Source: Candidatus Hydrothermarchaeota archaeon
Lineage (GTDB): Archaea; CAYFZR01
Direction of reading: 5' to 3'
Length of the DNA stretch: 64,000 nt
Assembly (NCBI GenBank): GCA_046760505.1
Contig: JBHIEG010000004.1
Location: 1 to 64,000, forward strand
The notes beneath the pieces were generated by a model. It saw nothing but the letters and a program-made list of their open reading frames with translations, did not search any database and had not been told where the DNA came from. A program made the position numbers and the translations under genes. Shown here one piece after another: positions 9,885 through 20,682 of the stretch (position 1 is its first letter; the number at the start of each line of letters is the position of its first letter).

Positions 9885-10682
9885 TTAAAAATTTTTTGCT
9901 TTACCTCTTTCTTTGATTATTTCAATTAGTTCCCCATGTATTTTCCCATTAGAGGCCAGGATATCACTCGAGCTGATTTTAAATGAATTTCCTTTAAAAT
10001 CCGTAACCCTTCCGTTTGCTTCTTTAACTATCAGTGCTCCCGCTAAAACATCCCAGAGATTTGGTCCTGGCATGAAGAATGCCTCGACTCTACCGCATGC
10101 CACAAAACAAAGTTCCAGTGCTGCTGCACCGATTTGCCTAACTTTTCCATTGATCAACTTGAGTTTTCCAAAGATATCGATCATGATTTCTACAGACCTT
10201 TTGTCTCCTCCGTGAGAAAATGTTATTATGGAATTCTTTATTTCATCCTCTTCAGAAACTCTTATCCTATCTCCATTCAAAAAAGCCCCCTTACCTCTTT
10301 CTGCCTGAAAGATTTCATCTTCATAGGGATTGTAAACTACTCCCAGTATCGGTTCTCTCCTAAATGTCAGGGCTATGGAAGTGTTGAAAAATGGATTCCT
10401 CATCGTAAAATTGGTGGTCCCGTCCAGAGGGTCGATAACCCACAAATACTCAGAATCACCTTTCTCAATTCCAGATTCTTCTCCTAAAAAGGAATGATCG
10501 GGGAATTCTCTGGAGAGGATGTGCTTAATTATCCTCTCAACCTCGAGATCTGCTTCAGTAACTGTAGACCCGTCGTACCGGTAATTTCTATCTACTTTGC
10601 CGTAGTATTCCATCAACATTTTACCGGCTTCTTTTGCTGCGCGAGTCGCGACTTTCATTTCTTTTGAAATAACTTTAATCAC
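9885..10682 (-). CDS. suhB: Inositol monophosphatase / FBPase family
   Basis: LGEE, WVIDPLDGTTNF, GAAALEL, WDVLAG. Confidence 0.92.
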   Translation of the reverse strand: MIKVISKEMKVATRAAKEAGKMLMEYYGKVDRNYRYDGSTVTEADLEVERIIKHILSREFPDHSFLGEESGIEKGDSEYLWVIDPLDGTTNFTMRNPFFNTSIALTFRREPILGVVYNPYEDEIFQAERGKGAFLNGDRIRVSEEDEIKNSIITFSHGGDKRSVEIMIDIFGKLKLINGKVRQIGAAALELCFVACGRVEAFFMPGPNLWDVLAGALIVKEANGRVTDFKGNSFKISSSDILASNGKIHGELIEIIKERGKAKNF

Positions 10683-11856
10683 CCCTCCTTTCCCTATTTT
10701 GGGTTATCAGATAGAATATAATTGCTCCAAAGAAAGATGCAAGACCGGCGAGGAAAAAACCAAGCCAGTAATTGTAAATAGATATTATTTTACCGCCGAT
10801 AACTGCGCTAATGGCAAAGCCTCCGTATAGGAAAGTGCTGTAACCTCCCATTGCTACTCCTCTTTTGTCCGATGTTACCGCTTCCGCAATAGATGTACTT
10901 ACAGCCATGAAGCAGATACCCATGTTTAATCCAAGAAAGGCAGCGATTGCGAGGAGGATATAACTGCTCTCTGTAGATACAAGGAGAATAATACAGAGCG
11001 ATAGAAGGAACATGCCGCCGATTATAAAGGGATCCCTCTTTCCTAGTTTGTCTGAGAAGTATCCAGCAGGAATTCTTGCAATTGCATTGAAAAACGACTG
11101 GGTACTGAAAATAAGACCGATTACCGGTACGCTTAATCCAATACTAGCGGCGTAGAGAGGGAAAAAAGGAGCAAAAATTCCGAAGGTGAAGGCTATGCAG
11201 AATGTACCTATCCAGCAGGCTAAAACAGTGGCGTTTTTACTTAGATCAAAAAAAGTTTCGCGGATATTGGATGATAGATTACTTTGCTCGCTAAAACTTG
11301 GAAAACCTATGATTGCGAGAATGAGTGCTATGGCTATAATTGTTCCGGAAAAGAGAAAAGGAACAGTTAAATTTGTGAGTCCTGCGATTATTCCTCCTAT
11401 TGCAGGACCAGAAGCCATACCTATTTGCATTGACGATGTATACCAGCCAAAAGCTCTTCCCATGCGCTCCCCTGGGGTTATGTCTCCCACAAAAGAGGCG
11501 ATAGCCGGAGCAAAGGCTGATGCTCCAAAACCCGCAAGAGTATAGACTATAATTAACTGTTTTGGCGTTTTAACAAAAAAAAGCAGAAAAGAGGTGAGTG
11601 AACTGATTCCTAAACCTGACAATACAAGAAGCTTCCTGCCGAATTTATCTGAGAGATGACCATAGGGAATTGCTAACAGAGATGCCATCACCATGAATAG
11701 AGAGGCGATAAGCCCTATTTCAAATGTTGTTGCGCCAATTGATTTTGCAAATAAGGGAACAATTGGTATTCGGATGAATATCCCTATGTACTGAAACAAT
11801 GTCAAAACGCACGCCAAAACCAAAAAGGTTGAAAACCTGCTTTTATTGATGCTCAT
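10675..11856 (-). CDS. MFS transporter
   Basis: About 12 TM segments; GHLSDKFGRK and GYFSDKLGKR motif A. Confidence 0.9.
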   Translation of the reverse strand: MSINKSRFSTFLVLACVLTLFQYIGIFIRIPIVPLFAKSIGATTFEIGLIASLFMVMASLLAIPYGHLSDKFGRKLLVLSGLGISSLTSFLLFFVKTPKQLIIVYTLAGFGASAFAPAIASFVGDITPGERMGRAFGWYTSSMQIGMASGPAIGGIIAGLTNLTVPFLFSGTIIAIALILAIIGFPSFSEQSNLSSNIRETFFDLSKNATVLACWIGTFCIAFTFGIFAPFFPLYAASIGLSVPVIGLIFSTQSFFNAIARIPAGYFSDKLGKRDPFIIGGMFLLSLCIILLVSTESSYILLAIAAFLGLNMGICFMAVSTSIAEAVTSDKRGVAMGGYSTFLYGGFAISAVIGGKIISIYNYWLGFFLAGLASFFGAIIFYLITQNRERRGD

Positions 11857-11963
11857 ACCTCCAATATGACCAGTGAACTAACATACTTCCCTTGGTGGTA
11901 AAAAATTTTGCTTCGGATAATTTTCAGAAAGAGATTTTTTCTGCCTAATTATCTTACGCCTAA

Positions 11964-12239
11964 TTAATATCTCACTTCGAAACCATCGAATTCTCCTTTG
12001 TATTCTTCCCATTTTACATCAACAGAGGTTACCTTTGCGTGAGGAGGCCCTCTGCGGCACCAGTTTATCATTCTTTCCACTTTATCTTTTTCTCCTTCAA
12101 AAACTGCCTCCACCCTCCCATCTCTAAGATTCCTTACCCAGCCAGTAATTCCTAAGTCAATTGCAGTTCTTCTGGTATGGCTCCTGAAGAAAACTCCCTG
12201 AACCCTTCCCGATATGAAGACATGGGCTCTAACTTCCAT
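11964..12239 (-). CDS. acyP: Acylphosphatase
   Basis: [22 protein letters not shown]. Confidence 0.95.
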   Translation of the reverse strand: MEVRAHVFISGRVQGVFFRSHTRRTAIDLGITGWVRNLRDGRVEAVFEGEKDKVERMINWCRRGPPHAKVTSVDVKWEEYKGEFDGFEVRY

Positions 12240-12243
12240 AATT

Positions 12244-13125
12244 TCACCCTTTGACCATTGTTCCTATTCCTTCATCAGTAAATATCTCTAAAAGTAGGGA
12301 GTGAGGTATTCTTCCATCTATTATATGGGCTTTTTCAACGCCGGATTCTGTCGCGCGAATGCAGGCCTCTAACTTGGGTATCATTCCCTCTGTTACTAAT
12401 CCTTTTTCGATATAATTTTTTGCCTCTTCTGATGTCATTTCTTTTATTATGGTGCTTGGATCTTTAGGGTCTTTTAAAACTCCTTTAACGTCTGTCAATA
12501 TTATCAACTTTTTTGCCTTCAGGGAGGCTGCAATTTCTCCAGCTACGGTATCTGCATTTAAATTCAAGGAGTTGCCATTGGTATCTATGCCAATTGGAGA
12601 GATAACAGGAATGTATCCTTTGTTAACGAGTATGTCAATTATCTCAGGATTTATCCTCTCTGTTTCACCAACCAACCCAAGATCAACCTCGAATTTTTCT
12701 CCAGTTTTTGAGTCGATTAACCATTGAGGGGCTTTTTTCTTTGCTATCAGGAGTTGACCATCTTTTCCAGATATTCCTATTGCCTTTACACCATGTTTAC
12801 TTAAATTGGACACTATATCAGTATTTATCTTTCCAACCATTACCATCTTAACGATCTCCAAGGTCTCTTCGTCCGTAACTCTCAGACCTCTTACAAACGT
12901 GGGTTTTTTCCCCATTTTTTTCATAGCATTTGTTATTTCAGGCCCTCCACCATGAATTATTATAGGATTCATTCCAACGTAGTGTAATAAGATTACATCC
13001 TGAGTAGTCCATTCCTTGGCATTTTTGTCCAGCATTGCGTGTCCACCGTATTTTATCACGATTTTTTGATCTTTAAAGGCTTTTATGTAGGGCAAAGCCT
13101 CGATTAGGATGTCTACTTTCTTCAT
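12244..13125 (-). CDS. argB: Acetylglutamate kinase
   Basis: [29 protein letters not shown]. Confidence 0.96.
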   Translation of the reverse strand: MKKVDILIEALPYIKAFKDQKIVIKYGGHAMLDKNAKEWTTQDVILLHYVGMNPIIIHGGGPEITNAMKKMGKKPTFVRGLRVTDEETLEIVKMVMVGKINTDIVSNLSKHGVKAIGISGKDGQLLIAKKKAPQWLIDSKTGEKFEVDLGLVGETERINPEIIDILVNKGYIPVISPIGIDTNGNSLNLNADTVAGEIAASLKAKKLIILTDVKGVLKDPKDPSTIIKEMTSEEAKNYIEKGLVTEGMIPKLEACIRATESGVEKAHIIDGRIPHSLLLEIFTDEGIGTMVKG

Positions 13126-13134
13126 TTTCTCACC

Positions 13135-14298
13135 CTAAGTTGTGTATTCAGAGTTAATCTTGACATATTCTTCTGTTAGATCGCATCCCCATGCTATTGC
13201 GGTTTTATCTTTTTCTCCCAGATCTACTTCGATAACTATCTCTTTTTCGAGCAGTATATTTCTTGCCTCTTCAAGGATTTTTTCATCAATTATTGGTTCT
13301 CCTCTTTCGAGCAGTAAGACCTCTTTATTTTTGGATTTAAATCTTATCGAGAGATTTTCAGGGCTGAAATACGCTCCAGAATATCCAGCAGCAATAGCCA
13401 CTCTTCCCCAATTTGGATCAGAACCGTAAATGGCTGTTTTAACGAGAGAAGATCTTGCAATACATTTTGCTGCCATTTCAGCATCTTTTGAAGATCTTGC
13501 ACCACTTACTCTTACTTCAATAAACTTTGAAGATCCTTCTCCGTCTTTCGCGATCTGTCTTGCAAGATCTATTAAAACTTCATCTAGAACTCTTTGAAAA
13601 ATTCTTTCATCGAATTTGCATTTCGATTCACCACTAGCAAGGATGAAAACACAATCGCTTGGACTCTGGTCTCCATCGACCACAACCATATTGAAGCTTT
13701 TTGAAACTCCTTTCCTTAATGCATTGCCAAGCTGTTTTGATGTTGCCCTGATATCGGTCAATATAAAGGATAGCATGGTACCCATATTCGGGCCGATCAT
13801 GCCGGCTCCCTTTGATATTCCAGTTACGGTGAATGTCTTATCATTTATTTTTCCGTAGGATGATTTTACCTTGGGGAAGGTATCTGTGGTCATAATTGAT
13901 CTAGCAAAGCTCCAAATATCCTTTTTTGGGAGTAACTCACACACATTTCGTATCAATTCTTCAACTTCCTTTATTGGGAATTCTCTTCCTATTATACCTG
14001 TGGATGCCAGAAGTATTTCCTCTTCCCTTAAGCCAAGCAAATCAGATGTAACTCTGATCATCTTTTTTCCAGCTTCTATCCCATTTTTTCCTGTATATAC
14101 ATTTGCATTTCCACTGTTCGCTACGATAGCACCTATTTTATTGTTAATATTCTTCTTTGAGAGCAAAACAGGAATCGATTTCACTCTGTTTTTTGTAAAA
14201 ACTCCAGCCGCGGGGCAAGGGGAATTACTCTTTATGATTCCAACTCCTATCTTGCCTTTCTTTATTCCTGCATAACTAAAACCCTTGGGGTTTACCAT
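13135..14298 (-). CDS. argJ: Ornithine acetyltransferase / N-acetylglutamate synthase
   Basis: NSGNAN, STGIIG, IMTTDT, KGAGMIGPNMGTML, DPNWGR. Confidence 0.95.
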   Translation of the reverse strand: MVNPKGFSYAGIKKGKIGVGIIKSNSPCPAAGVFTKNRVKSIPVLLSKKNINNKIGAIVANSGNANVYTGKNGIEAGKKMIRVTSDLLGLREEEILLASTGIIGREFPIKEVEELIRNVCELLPKKDIWSFARSIMTTDTFPKVKSSYGKINDKTFTVTGISKGAGMIGPNMGTMLSFILTDIRATSKQLGNALRKGVSKSFNMVVVDGDQSPSDCVFILASGESKCKFDERIFQRVLDEVLIDLARQIAKDGEGSSKFIEVRVSGARSSKDAEMAAKCIARSSLVKTAIYGSDPNWGRVAIAAGYSGAYFSPENLSIRFKSKNKEVLLLERGEPIIDEKILEEARNILLEKEIVIEVDLGEKDKTAIAWGCDLTEEYVKINSEYTT

Positions 14299-14318
14299 GT
14301 AATTACACCTTTATCGAT

Positions 14319-15332
14319 TTAGGGATGTAAACCAATTGAGTGCAATCCGGTATCCTCTTCAATGTTCAGCATTACATTCATGTTTTGGACAGCGTTTCCT
14401 GATCCTCCCTTCACCAAATTGTCTATGGATGTGAATATAACCAGCCTGTCGTTTTTGTCTATTGAAAAACCTCCGATATCAATATAATTCGAGCCTCTAA
14501 CGGCTGAGAGTTTTGGAACCTCTCCACATTCCAGAATTCTAACGAATTTTTCCCCACTGTAGAATTTTATGTAAACTTCTCTAATTTCTTCGGGTTCGAA
14601 ATCTTTTTTTGGAAATGCATGAATGGTGGTTAAAATTCCTCTTACGATCGGAACCAAATGTGGAGTAAAATGAACTTTTGCGCTGCCGAATTTTCTCAGT
14701 TCCTTTTCTATCTCCGGCATGTGCCGGTGATGGGTAATGTTGTAGGGTATCACGTCCTCTCCACACTCGGGATGATGTGTTCTCTTGGAAGGAGCAGCTC
14801 CTGCACCAGAGGTTCCTGTTTTGGAGTCTATAATAATCCTCTCCTCTATTAGCCTGTTTTTTACCAGCGGAAGAATTCCCAATATCGCGCCAATTGGAAA
14901 ACATCCAGGATTCGCTACCAAGTTAGCATCTCTTATCTTGTCTCTGTACAACTCAGGAAGTCCATAAATTCCCCTCAAATTTTTTGCTCTATGTTCAATG
15001 CCATAGTACTTTTCGTAGAGACTGAAATCTTCAAATCTGAAATCACCGCTAAGGTCAATTACTCTTAATCCCTCTTCAATAAGATCAGGTACAACATTCA
15101 TGGAGGTGCCATGAGGCGTAGCAGTAAAAATGATATCGTAATCTGATTTTAATGATGAAGAGAACGAAAGATCTGTAAGTCCTTTGAGATGAGGATGCAC
15201 CTTGTGTACTGGGTTTCCCTCGAATTGTCTGGAAGTTGCTGCAGCAACCTCGACCTTCTGGTGGGAAAGCAGTATCCTCAGCAGTTCACCACCGGTATAT
15301 CCGGAAGCGCCCACTATCGCTACCTTATACAT
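14319..15332 (-). CDS. argC: N-acetyl-gamma-glutamyl-phosphate reductase
   Basis: GASGYTGGEL, ANPGCF, SGAG, HRHMPEI, DNLVKG. Confidence 0.96.
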   Translation of the reverse strand: MYKVAIVGASGYTGGELLRILLSHQKVEVAAATSRQFEGNPVHKVHPHLKGLTDLSFSSSLKSDYDIIFTATPHGTSMNVVPDLIEEGLRVIDLSGDFRFEDFSLYEKYYGIEHRAKNLRGIYGLPELYRDKIRDANLVANPGCFPIGAILGILPLVKNRLIEERIIIDSKTGTSGAGAAPSKRTHHPECGEDVIPYNITHHRHMPEIEKELRKFGSAKVHFTPHLVPIVRGILTTIHAFPKKDFEPEEIREVYIKFYSGEKFVRILECGEVPKLSAVRGSNYIDIGGFSIDKNDRLVIFTSIDNLVKGGSGNAVQNMNVMLNIEEDTGLHSIGLHP

Positions 15333-15382
15333 TTTGTCTTCCTCTGGGTTTCTAGGATATTTATGATGCTGAAAAAGATGTG

Positions 15383-16531
15383 TTAAATCAGGTCCAAGTC
15401 AAGGTATCTGTCGATGGACGGTCTCTCCACAGGTGGAATGTATTCCTTGCCAGGTCCCAAGATTTGAGGAGACTCGACTCCTACCACTATGAGCATTACC
15501 CTTATTAGATCCCTCATATCGTCCATAATTTGGGCGCCCCATATTACCTGTGCCTCGGGATCCAGTTTGGATACAACTGTATCTATTACCGTCTCTGCCT
15601 CCTTCATTGTAAGTTTTGGACCACCTACTATGTTTATTAAGGCACCTTTGGCGCCTGAAATGTCTACATCAAGTAAAGGACTTTCTATTGCTTTTTTGAC
15701 TGCCGTAGATGCACCACTCTGAATGTCAGTTTCTCCAAGTCCTATCATGGCTACCCCTCCGCCTTCCATGACGGTTCTAACGTCAGCAAAATCCAAATTT
15801 ATCAATCCTGGTTTTGTTATCAATTCTGTGATACCTTTTACTGCTCTTGCTAGAATCTCGTCCGCTACCTTGAAGGCAGCATTCAGAGGAAGATTAGGTA
15901 CCACTTGGAGTAGTCTATCGTTTGGAATGACAATGACTGTATCCACGACCTTTATCAGTTTTTCAAGTCCGTAGTGCGCATTGTTTAGCCTGACCCCACC
16001 CTCTACGGAGAATGGTAAGGTAACCACGGCAACGGTGAGAGCACCAACCTTCTGTGCTATATTCGCTATTATGGGTGCAGAACCGGTTCCTGTTCCTCCA
16101 CCCAGTCCACATGTAACAAATACCATGTCTGCCCCTTCTAAGGCATCTCTTATTTCTCTTTCACTTTCCAATGCAGCTTCTTCTCCTATTTTAGGGTCGC
16201 TTCCTGCACCCAAACCACCAGTCACTGTCCTGCCTATAAGCATTTTTTTCATGGACTTTGAGTAGAGTAAATCTTGAGAGTCAGTGTTAACCGATATGGT
16301 AAGTGCACCCTCGATTCCCATTTCAAGCAATCTTGTGATGGTGTTGCAACCTGCGCCTCCAGTACCAACAACTAGGATATTTGCCTTTGCTTGCTTTAAA
16401 AGTTCCTCAAGTTCTTTTTCTATTGTCTCTTTCCTTTCCCTGCTCAGTTGGGCTTTTGCTTCAGACTCCACATTTTTACTACCCATCTCTCTTTCATATC
16501 GTTTCATTGCATCTGATATGATATTCCTCAA
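15383..16531 (-). CDS. ftsZ: Cell division protein FtsZ
   Basis: [15 protein letters not shown] tubulin signature, NLDFADV. Confidence 0.97.
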   Translation of the reverse strand: MRNIISDAMKRYEREMGSKNVESEAKAQLSRERKETIEKELEELLKQAKANILVVGTGGAGCNTITRLLEMGIEGALTISVNTDSQDLLYSKSMKKMLIGRTVTGGLGAGSDPKIGEEAALESEREIRDALEGADMVFVTCGLGGGTGTGSAPIIANIAQKVGALTVAVVTLPFSVEGGVRLNNAHYGLEKLIKVVDTVIVIPNDRLLQVVPNLPLNAAFKVADEILARAVKGITELITKPGLINLDFADVRTVMEGGGVAMIGLGETDIQSGASTAVKKAIESPLLDVDISGAKGALINIVGGPKLTMKEAETVIDTVVSKLDPEAQVIWGAQIMDDMRDLIRVMLIVVGVESPQILGPGKEYIPPVERPSIDRYLDLDLI

Positions 16532-16600
16532 TTTTAAGACCTCTCGAATTGATTTGTCGTTAAAATTTGTGCATTTTAGGCTTAAATACCTTTTGTTGTT

Positions 16601-17233
16601 TTACCCAACAAGATACTCATCTAACCTCTTTCCAATAGTCTTGCCCTTAGAATTAAAAAGCTTATCGTTGACAACTTCAACGATCGAGAAATGAACTTCT
16701 TCGATGGGTCTGTTTGCATCAATTTTGATCATGTTCCTATACTTTTTCAACATTTCGAGGTATATTTTTCTAACTTTTTCGAGAAAATCTATTTTCTCAA
16801 AACATTCTAATTTTTTTCTCGATTCTATTCTTTTCAATCCTGTTTCCGCCGGTATATCGAGCAATATAATAATCTCTGGTACTACCACGAAGTTGTTTAT
16901 CGTTTCAATCCAATTAATGTTCACGCCGGAAGCAGATTGATAGGCCATAGAAGAGTAAACATATCTCTCTGAGATCACAATCTTCCCTTCTTCAAGATTT
17001 TTTTTGATAATCTTTGTGTGTTCGAATCTATCCGCTGCAAATAACAGAGACAAGGAAACTGGATCTAAATCTCCTATTTTTAAGTCCTCTTTAATTATCT
17101 TACCTATTTTACCTTCTGTGGGCTCTTTTGTAAGAAAGGTACTTAGCCCTTTTTCCTCTCTAAGCCATTTTTCAAGCAGAGCTGCTTGAGTTGCTTTGCC
17201 GCATCCATCGATACCCTCAAAAACGATGAACAT
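16601..17233 (-). CDS. tmk: Thymidylate kinase
   Basis: FEGIDGCGK, LLFAADR, ERYVYSSMAYQ. Confidence 0.93.
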   Translation of the reverse strand: MFIVFEGIDGCGKATQAALLEKWLREEKGLSTFLTKEPTEGKIGKIIKEDLKIGDLDPVSLSLLFAADRFEHTKIIKKNLEEGKIVISERYVYSSMAYQSASGVNINWIETINNFVVVPEIIILLDIPAETGLKRIESRKKLECFEKIDFLEKVRKIYLEMLKKYRNMIKIDANRPIEEVHFSIVEVVNDKLFNSKGKTIGKRLDEYLVG

Positions 17234-17234
17234 A

Positions 17235-17933
17235 TCAAACCACGTTACTCAAAAATGTTTTAATATTCGAAGGCGAGTTTAACACGTAGATATTTTCCAT
17301 CCTTTTTAATTTTTCTAGGTTTTCTGCATCTATCTTTCTTAAATAAACTTCAACTGTTTCATTTACTCTTACCGCATTATTCGGACATATGAGACATTTT
17401 CCACAGCCTATACATTTATTTAGGTCTATTCTTCTATTTTTAATTGCATTCTTCTCACAAATCAATTCTATTTCACATATTTCGCATTTGCAGAGCTCTC
17501 TCTCAATCCTATAAGGTAGTTTTGTCTTTATGCTTTTTTCTACATCCACTGGAACCACGATCACCGGAATCCTGCTCTTCCCTGCTTGGGATATAATGTT
17601 AGTTACAAGTGTATCTGCAATTCCATTAACCACCTTCGCAATTGTGTTAGATGTGGTGGGAGATACAACAACTGCATCATACCTATTAAGTGCGAGTCTG
17701 CCTGTTATAGGCGAACTAGCCCCTTCCTCACTCTCCCTAAATATTTCATTCATATAAGAACCGTCAGAGATTTCGTTTAGCCTCTTTTCCAATCCGTATA
17801 TCCTTACGACTTCTTCTCCTGCCCTGCTCATAAAAATGGTGATGTATGAGGCGGATTTTTTAATAACTGAAAACTCGTCGAAGGTATCCTTCAAAAAATG
17901 ACCCGCTCCCGTTATGCACCATGCCAACCTCAT
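17235..17933 (-). CDS. dmrX: Dihydromethanopterin reductase DmrX (AfpA-type flavoprotein with ferredoxin insert)
   Basis: AWCITGAGH, PTTSNTIAK, GIADTLVTN plus a Cys-rich 2x[4Fe-4S] segment. Confidence 0.8.
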   Translation of the reverse strand: MRLAWCITGAGHFLKDTFDEFSVIKKSASYITIFMSRAGEEVVRIYGLEKRLNEISDGSYMNEIFRESEEGASSPITGRLALNRYDAVVVSPTTSNTIAKVVNGIADTLVTNIISQAGKSRIPVIVVPVDVEKSIKTKLPYRIERELCKCEICEIELICEKNAIKNRRIDLNKCIGCGKCLICPNNAVRVNETVEVYLRKIDAENLEKLKRMENIYVLNSPSNIKTFLSNVV

Positions 17934-18547
17934 CGAAATCGCCCCATGGACTTTTCCAGTTCCTTTATTACATCAGTGTATTCCTTGTTGGTTCGTTTAG
18001 CAACCTCGATAAAATAATCGAAACGTTTCCTATAATTTTCGTCTTGAGATCTACTCAGACATATGGCTGCTTCAATTAAAGCCGTTTTTGCTCTGTTTAT
18101 AGCAACAACAGGCTCTCTTATGACTATTTCTCCTATATTGAACCTGAATACGCCTTTTCTTATCTTTCCCATACGATTTTCATGATCCACGAGTTCAAAG
18201 GCATGAAGAGATAATTCCACGTAAGCCTTTGCCAAATCCAAAATAGGTGCGTTAAAGTTCTTAGATCTTTTGTAGGGAAAATCTGGATCTCTTATTGTTC
18301 CGTATACAAATGGTACAGGATCATCTGTAATATTAATCACGCAGCATTTCTCTCTCATTAGATTTTGGAAAGTATGTGAGCCTTCGTGAACACGGAGAAC
18401 AATCATTCCTTCTTTCAGAAAACAACCCATTGGTGCCGTATTTAAACTTCTATCCGCATTAAATGTAGAGACTATAACTTCGCATATCCTGTCTTCCACG
18501 ATGCCAATTTTTTCTAATTTTCTTTTCATGGTCTGTATCCACACCAT
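17930..18547 (-). CDS. DUF447 family protein
   Basis: EVIVST...NTAPMG...GSHTFQNL...NRA...IEA; sits in a methanopterin-type gene cluster. Confidence 0.8.
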   Translation of the reverse strand: MVWIQTMKRKLEKIGIVEDRICEVIVSTFNADRSLNTAPMGCFLKEGMIVLRVHEGSHTFQNLMREKCCVINITDDPVPFVYGTIRDPDFPYKRSKNFNAPILDLAKAYVELSLHAFELVDHENRMGKIRKGVFRFNIGEIVIREPVVAINRAKTALIEAAICLSRSQDENYRKRFDYFIEVAKRTNKEYTDVIKELEKSMGRFR

Positions 18548-19413
18548 AATGCTAACCAGATTGAACTAGCGAGAAGGTCAGCGGTAGTGCCTGGATTTAA
18601 GACGTTACCTTCTTTTTGCAATTCCCTGTCAAATTTTATAACCTCTTTTTTCCCTATTGAAGTGAAAACTCCGCCTTTTTTTAAAATATCTTTTGCTTTC
18701 CTGGATATATGGACCGCTCTTTCCATTCCTGCTTTCCTGCGTATCAGTGAGTCGGGATATTTCGACAGAATCGTCAAAAATGTCTCCACCATGGCGGAAT
18801 TAATATTCTTCTCCCATAACTCCGTTATTTTTTTAAAACCTACCTCGAACGTAATTTCATAGTTATACGTCCATTCCCTTGATATATTGTCCCACTCAGA
18901 CGAAATCTCCATTAATTTCCATAAAGGGGGAAGATCCCTTTCGGCCTTATATACATCATAGATTGAGAATTCACCCTCCAATTTACCTACGTTTGCATTC
19001 ACCACTTTAATTGCCTTATAGACATTTTTTGAATCTTCTGGGGTAGTTGATCTCACAACCTTCTTTAAATTTGTCCTAAGTTCTTTCAAAGAAGAAGAAA
19101 CAGATCCTGAAGAACACAGAGGAGAAAATAACAATATTATTCCGAGATTTGTGTTCCCACCTTTTTGCCATCTTTTCGTTTCATTGACCGCATCAAGAAT
19201 GAATTTGCCCAGATTTACATCCGGAAAACTTTCAACAGAGGCTTTAGCCAACTCCTCCATTGGAGGTCCAATTGCAATACCGCTAGCCAGGAAGTTTTCA
19301 AGGCAGACATCCTCAAAATCGTAAAATCTATGGACATTCCCTGGTTTTGGGTAAGAACTTGCCTCTAAAATTGATGCAAGTTGTGAAATTAGCCCTATCT
19401 CCTTTGGAGACAT
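18526..19413 (-). CDS. CitG-like triphosphoribosyl-dephospho-CoA synthase family (methanopterin-cluster type)
   Basis: KPGNVHR, NTNLGIILL, PDSLIRRK, NPGTTADL. Confidence 0.9.
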   Translation of the reverse strand: MSPKEIGLISQLASILEASSYPKPGNVHRFYDFEDVCLENFLASGIAIGPPMEELAKASVESFPDVNLGKFILDAVNETKRWQKGGNTNLGIILLFSPLCSSGSVSSSLKELRTNLKKVVRSTTPEDSKNVYKAIKVVNANVGKLEGEFSIYDVYKAERDLPPLWKLMEISSEWDNISREWTYNYEITFEVGFKKITELWEKNINSAMVETFLTILSKYPDSLIRRKAGMERAVHISRKAKDILKKGGVFTSIGKKEVIKFDRELQKEGNVLNPGTTADLLASSIWLALWCGYRP

Positions 19414-19414
19414 C

Positions 19415-19909
19415 TTAAGACTCCAGTTGTTTTATCTTCAGAATTTTCATTGCTTTTTTTACGTCGCCATTTGTTTGTTCAAGTACCTCTTCTACCTCGC
19501 TCGATGAGATGCCAAAAGCGGCTGATAATGCATTTATCGTCATGAGACGCTCTTTTTTTTCTAATTTAGGTCTCTTTTTCTTGGTTATCTCAAAAGCAAG
19601 CTGCTTTTTCAGTTCCATATATTCCTCAGGTGTGAGATTAGCCCTTGCCATAGCAGCGTCCCGATACGGACAAGGCTTTGTCACCTTACAGCACCATACC
19701 AAACTGCCGAAGCACGTCCCTTCTCCTTCTCCCAATTTAGTTTTTCTGGCAAAATTCATTTTTATTTTTATATATTCTTCATGCGTTAATCCTGCTTCTC
19801 TGATTGCCTTATGTGTCGGGCACCTCTTTATTGGCGGACAACAAAATGCAAGTCCTCTGATGTCTCCTCCCCTGCAGATATGTTGGGGTGCATCATCCCA
19901 GCCCATCAT
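19415..19909 (-). CDS. Methanogenesis marker protein 9 with C-terminal UBA-like extension
   Basis: WDDAPQHICRGGDIRGLAFCCPP...CFGSLVWCCK..KPCPYRD. Confidence 0.88.
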   Translation of the reverse strand: MMGWDDAPQHICRGGDIRGLAFCCPPIKRCPTHKAIREAGLTHEEYIKIKMNFARKTKLGEGEGTCFGSLVWCCKVTKPCPYRDAAMARANLTPEEYMELKKQLAFEITKKKRPKLEKKERLMTINALSAAFGISSSEVEEVLEQTNGDVKKAMKILKIKQLES

Positions 19910-20673
19910 ATCCCTTCCGATAAGCCCTTTGAAATCTCTCCAACTAAAGATGGATTTTTGAGAGCTGCTCTTGCTATTGACACTGCATCAGCCCCAGCTT
20001 TTCTCATTTCTATCGCCTTTTTTAGGTCAGTTATTGAGTTATTGCCAATAAGAAATGTATCGGGGTTTGTAGATTTTATTTCCGATATTATATTCAGGTC
20101 TGCTTTATTTTCTCCCGGTAACATTGCGTCAAGATGCAGTATATCACATAATTTTGATATGTTACATAAATCTTTGGATGGCACAACGTTAGCCCTGGCC
20201 TTCAATATTGCTGGCATTCCCGTTCTTTTTTTTATGCGATCCAGTATTCCCTTCAACAATTGTGGCTTCTTCAGCAGTTCCTGTCCGAGACCAAGTTTCT
20301 TGTACTCTGGTTGTCTGCAGTGGGCATTCAATTCTAAGTAAGCGCCTCTTTCAATCAAAAATCTGGATAATTTTTCAAGTTTCTCTCCATCAATCCCTCT
20401 GACATTTATGAATATCGGAATTTCAAATTTTTTGAGTATTTTTATACCTTCATCTAAATAACTGTAAATGTCAGTCAAAGTAAAATGTTTTCGCCTCTTA
20501 GAAACAAGGACACCTGCCTCCTGTGATCTTTCATCGATGTTGAATCCTCCTAGAGTTATCCATGCTGCTCCTTCTTCCGCTACCTTTTTACAGAAATCTA
20601 TATCGGTATATCCGGACATTGCTGATAGTCCTGCTTTGTTATAAATTCTCTGAAAAAGAATTTCGCTCTCCAT
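19906..20673 (-). CDS. MJ0144-family dihydrouridine-synthase-like TIM-barrel flavoprotein
   Basis: SAMSG.TD, ELNAHCRQ, IGNNSI, GADAVSIAR. Confidence 0.85.
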   Translation of the reverse strand: MESEILFQRIYNKAGLSAMSGYTDIDFCKKVAEEGAAWITLGGFNIDERSQEAGVLVSKRRKHFTLTDIYSYLDEGIKILKKFEIPIFINVRGIDGEKLEKLSRFLIERGAYLELNAHCRQPEYKKLGLGQELLKKPQLLKGILDRIKKRTGMPAILKARANVVPSKDLCNISKLCDILHLDAMLPGENKADLNIISEIKSTNPDTFLIGNNSITDLKKAIEMRKAGADAVSIARAALKNPSLVGEISKGLSEGI

Positions 20674-20682
20674 ATCTAAGCC

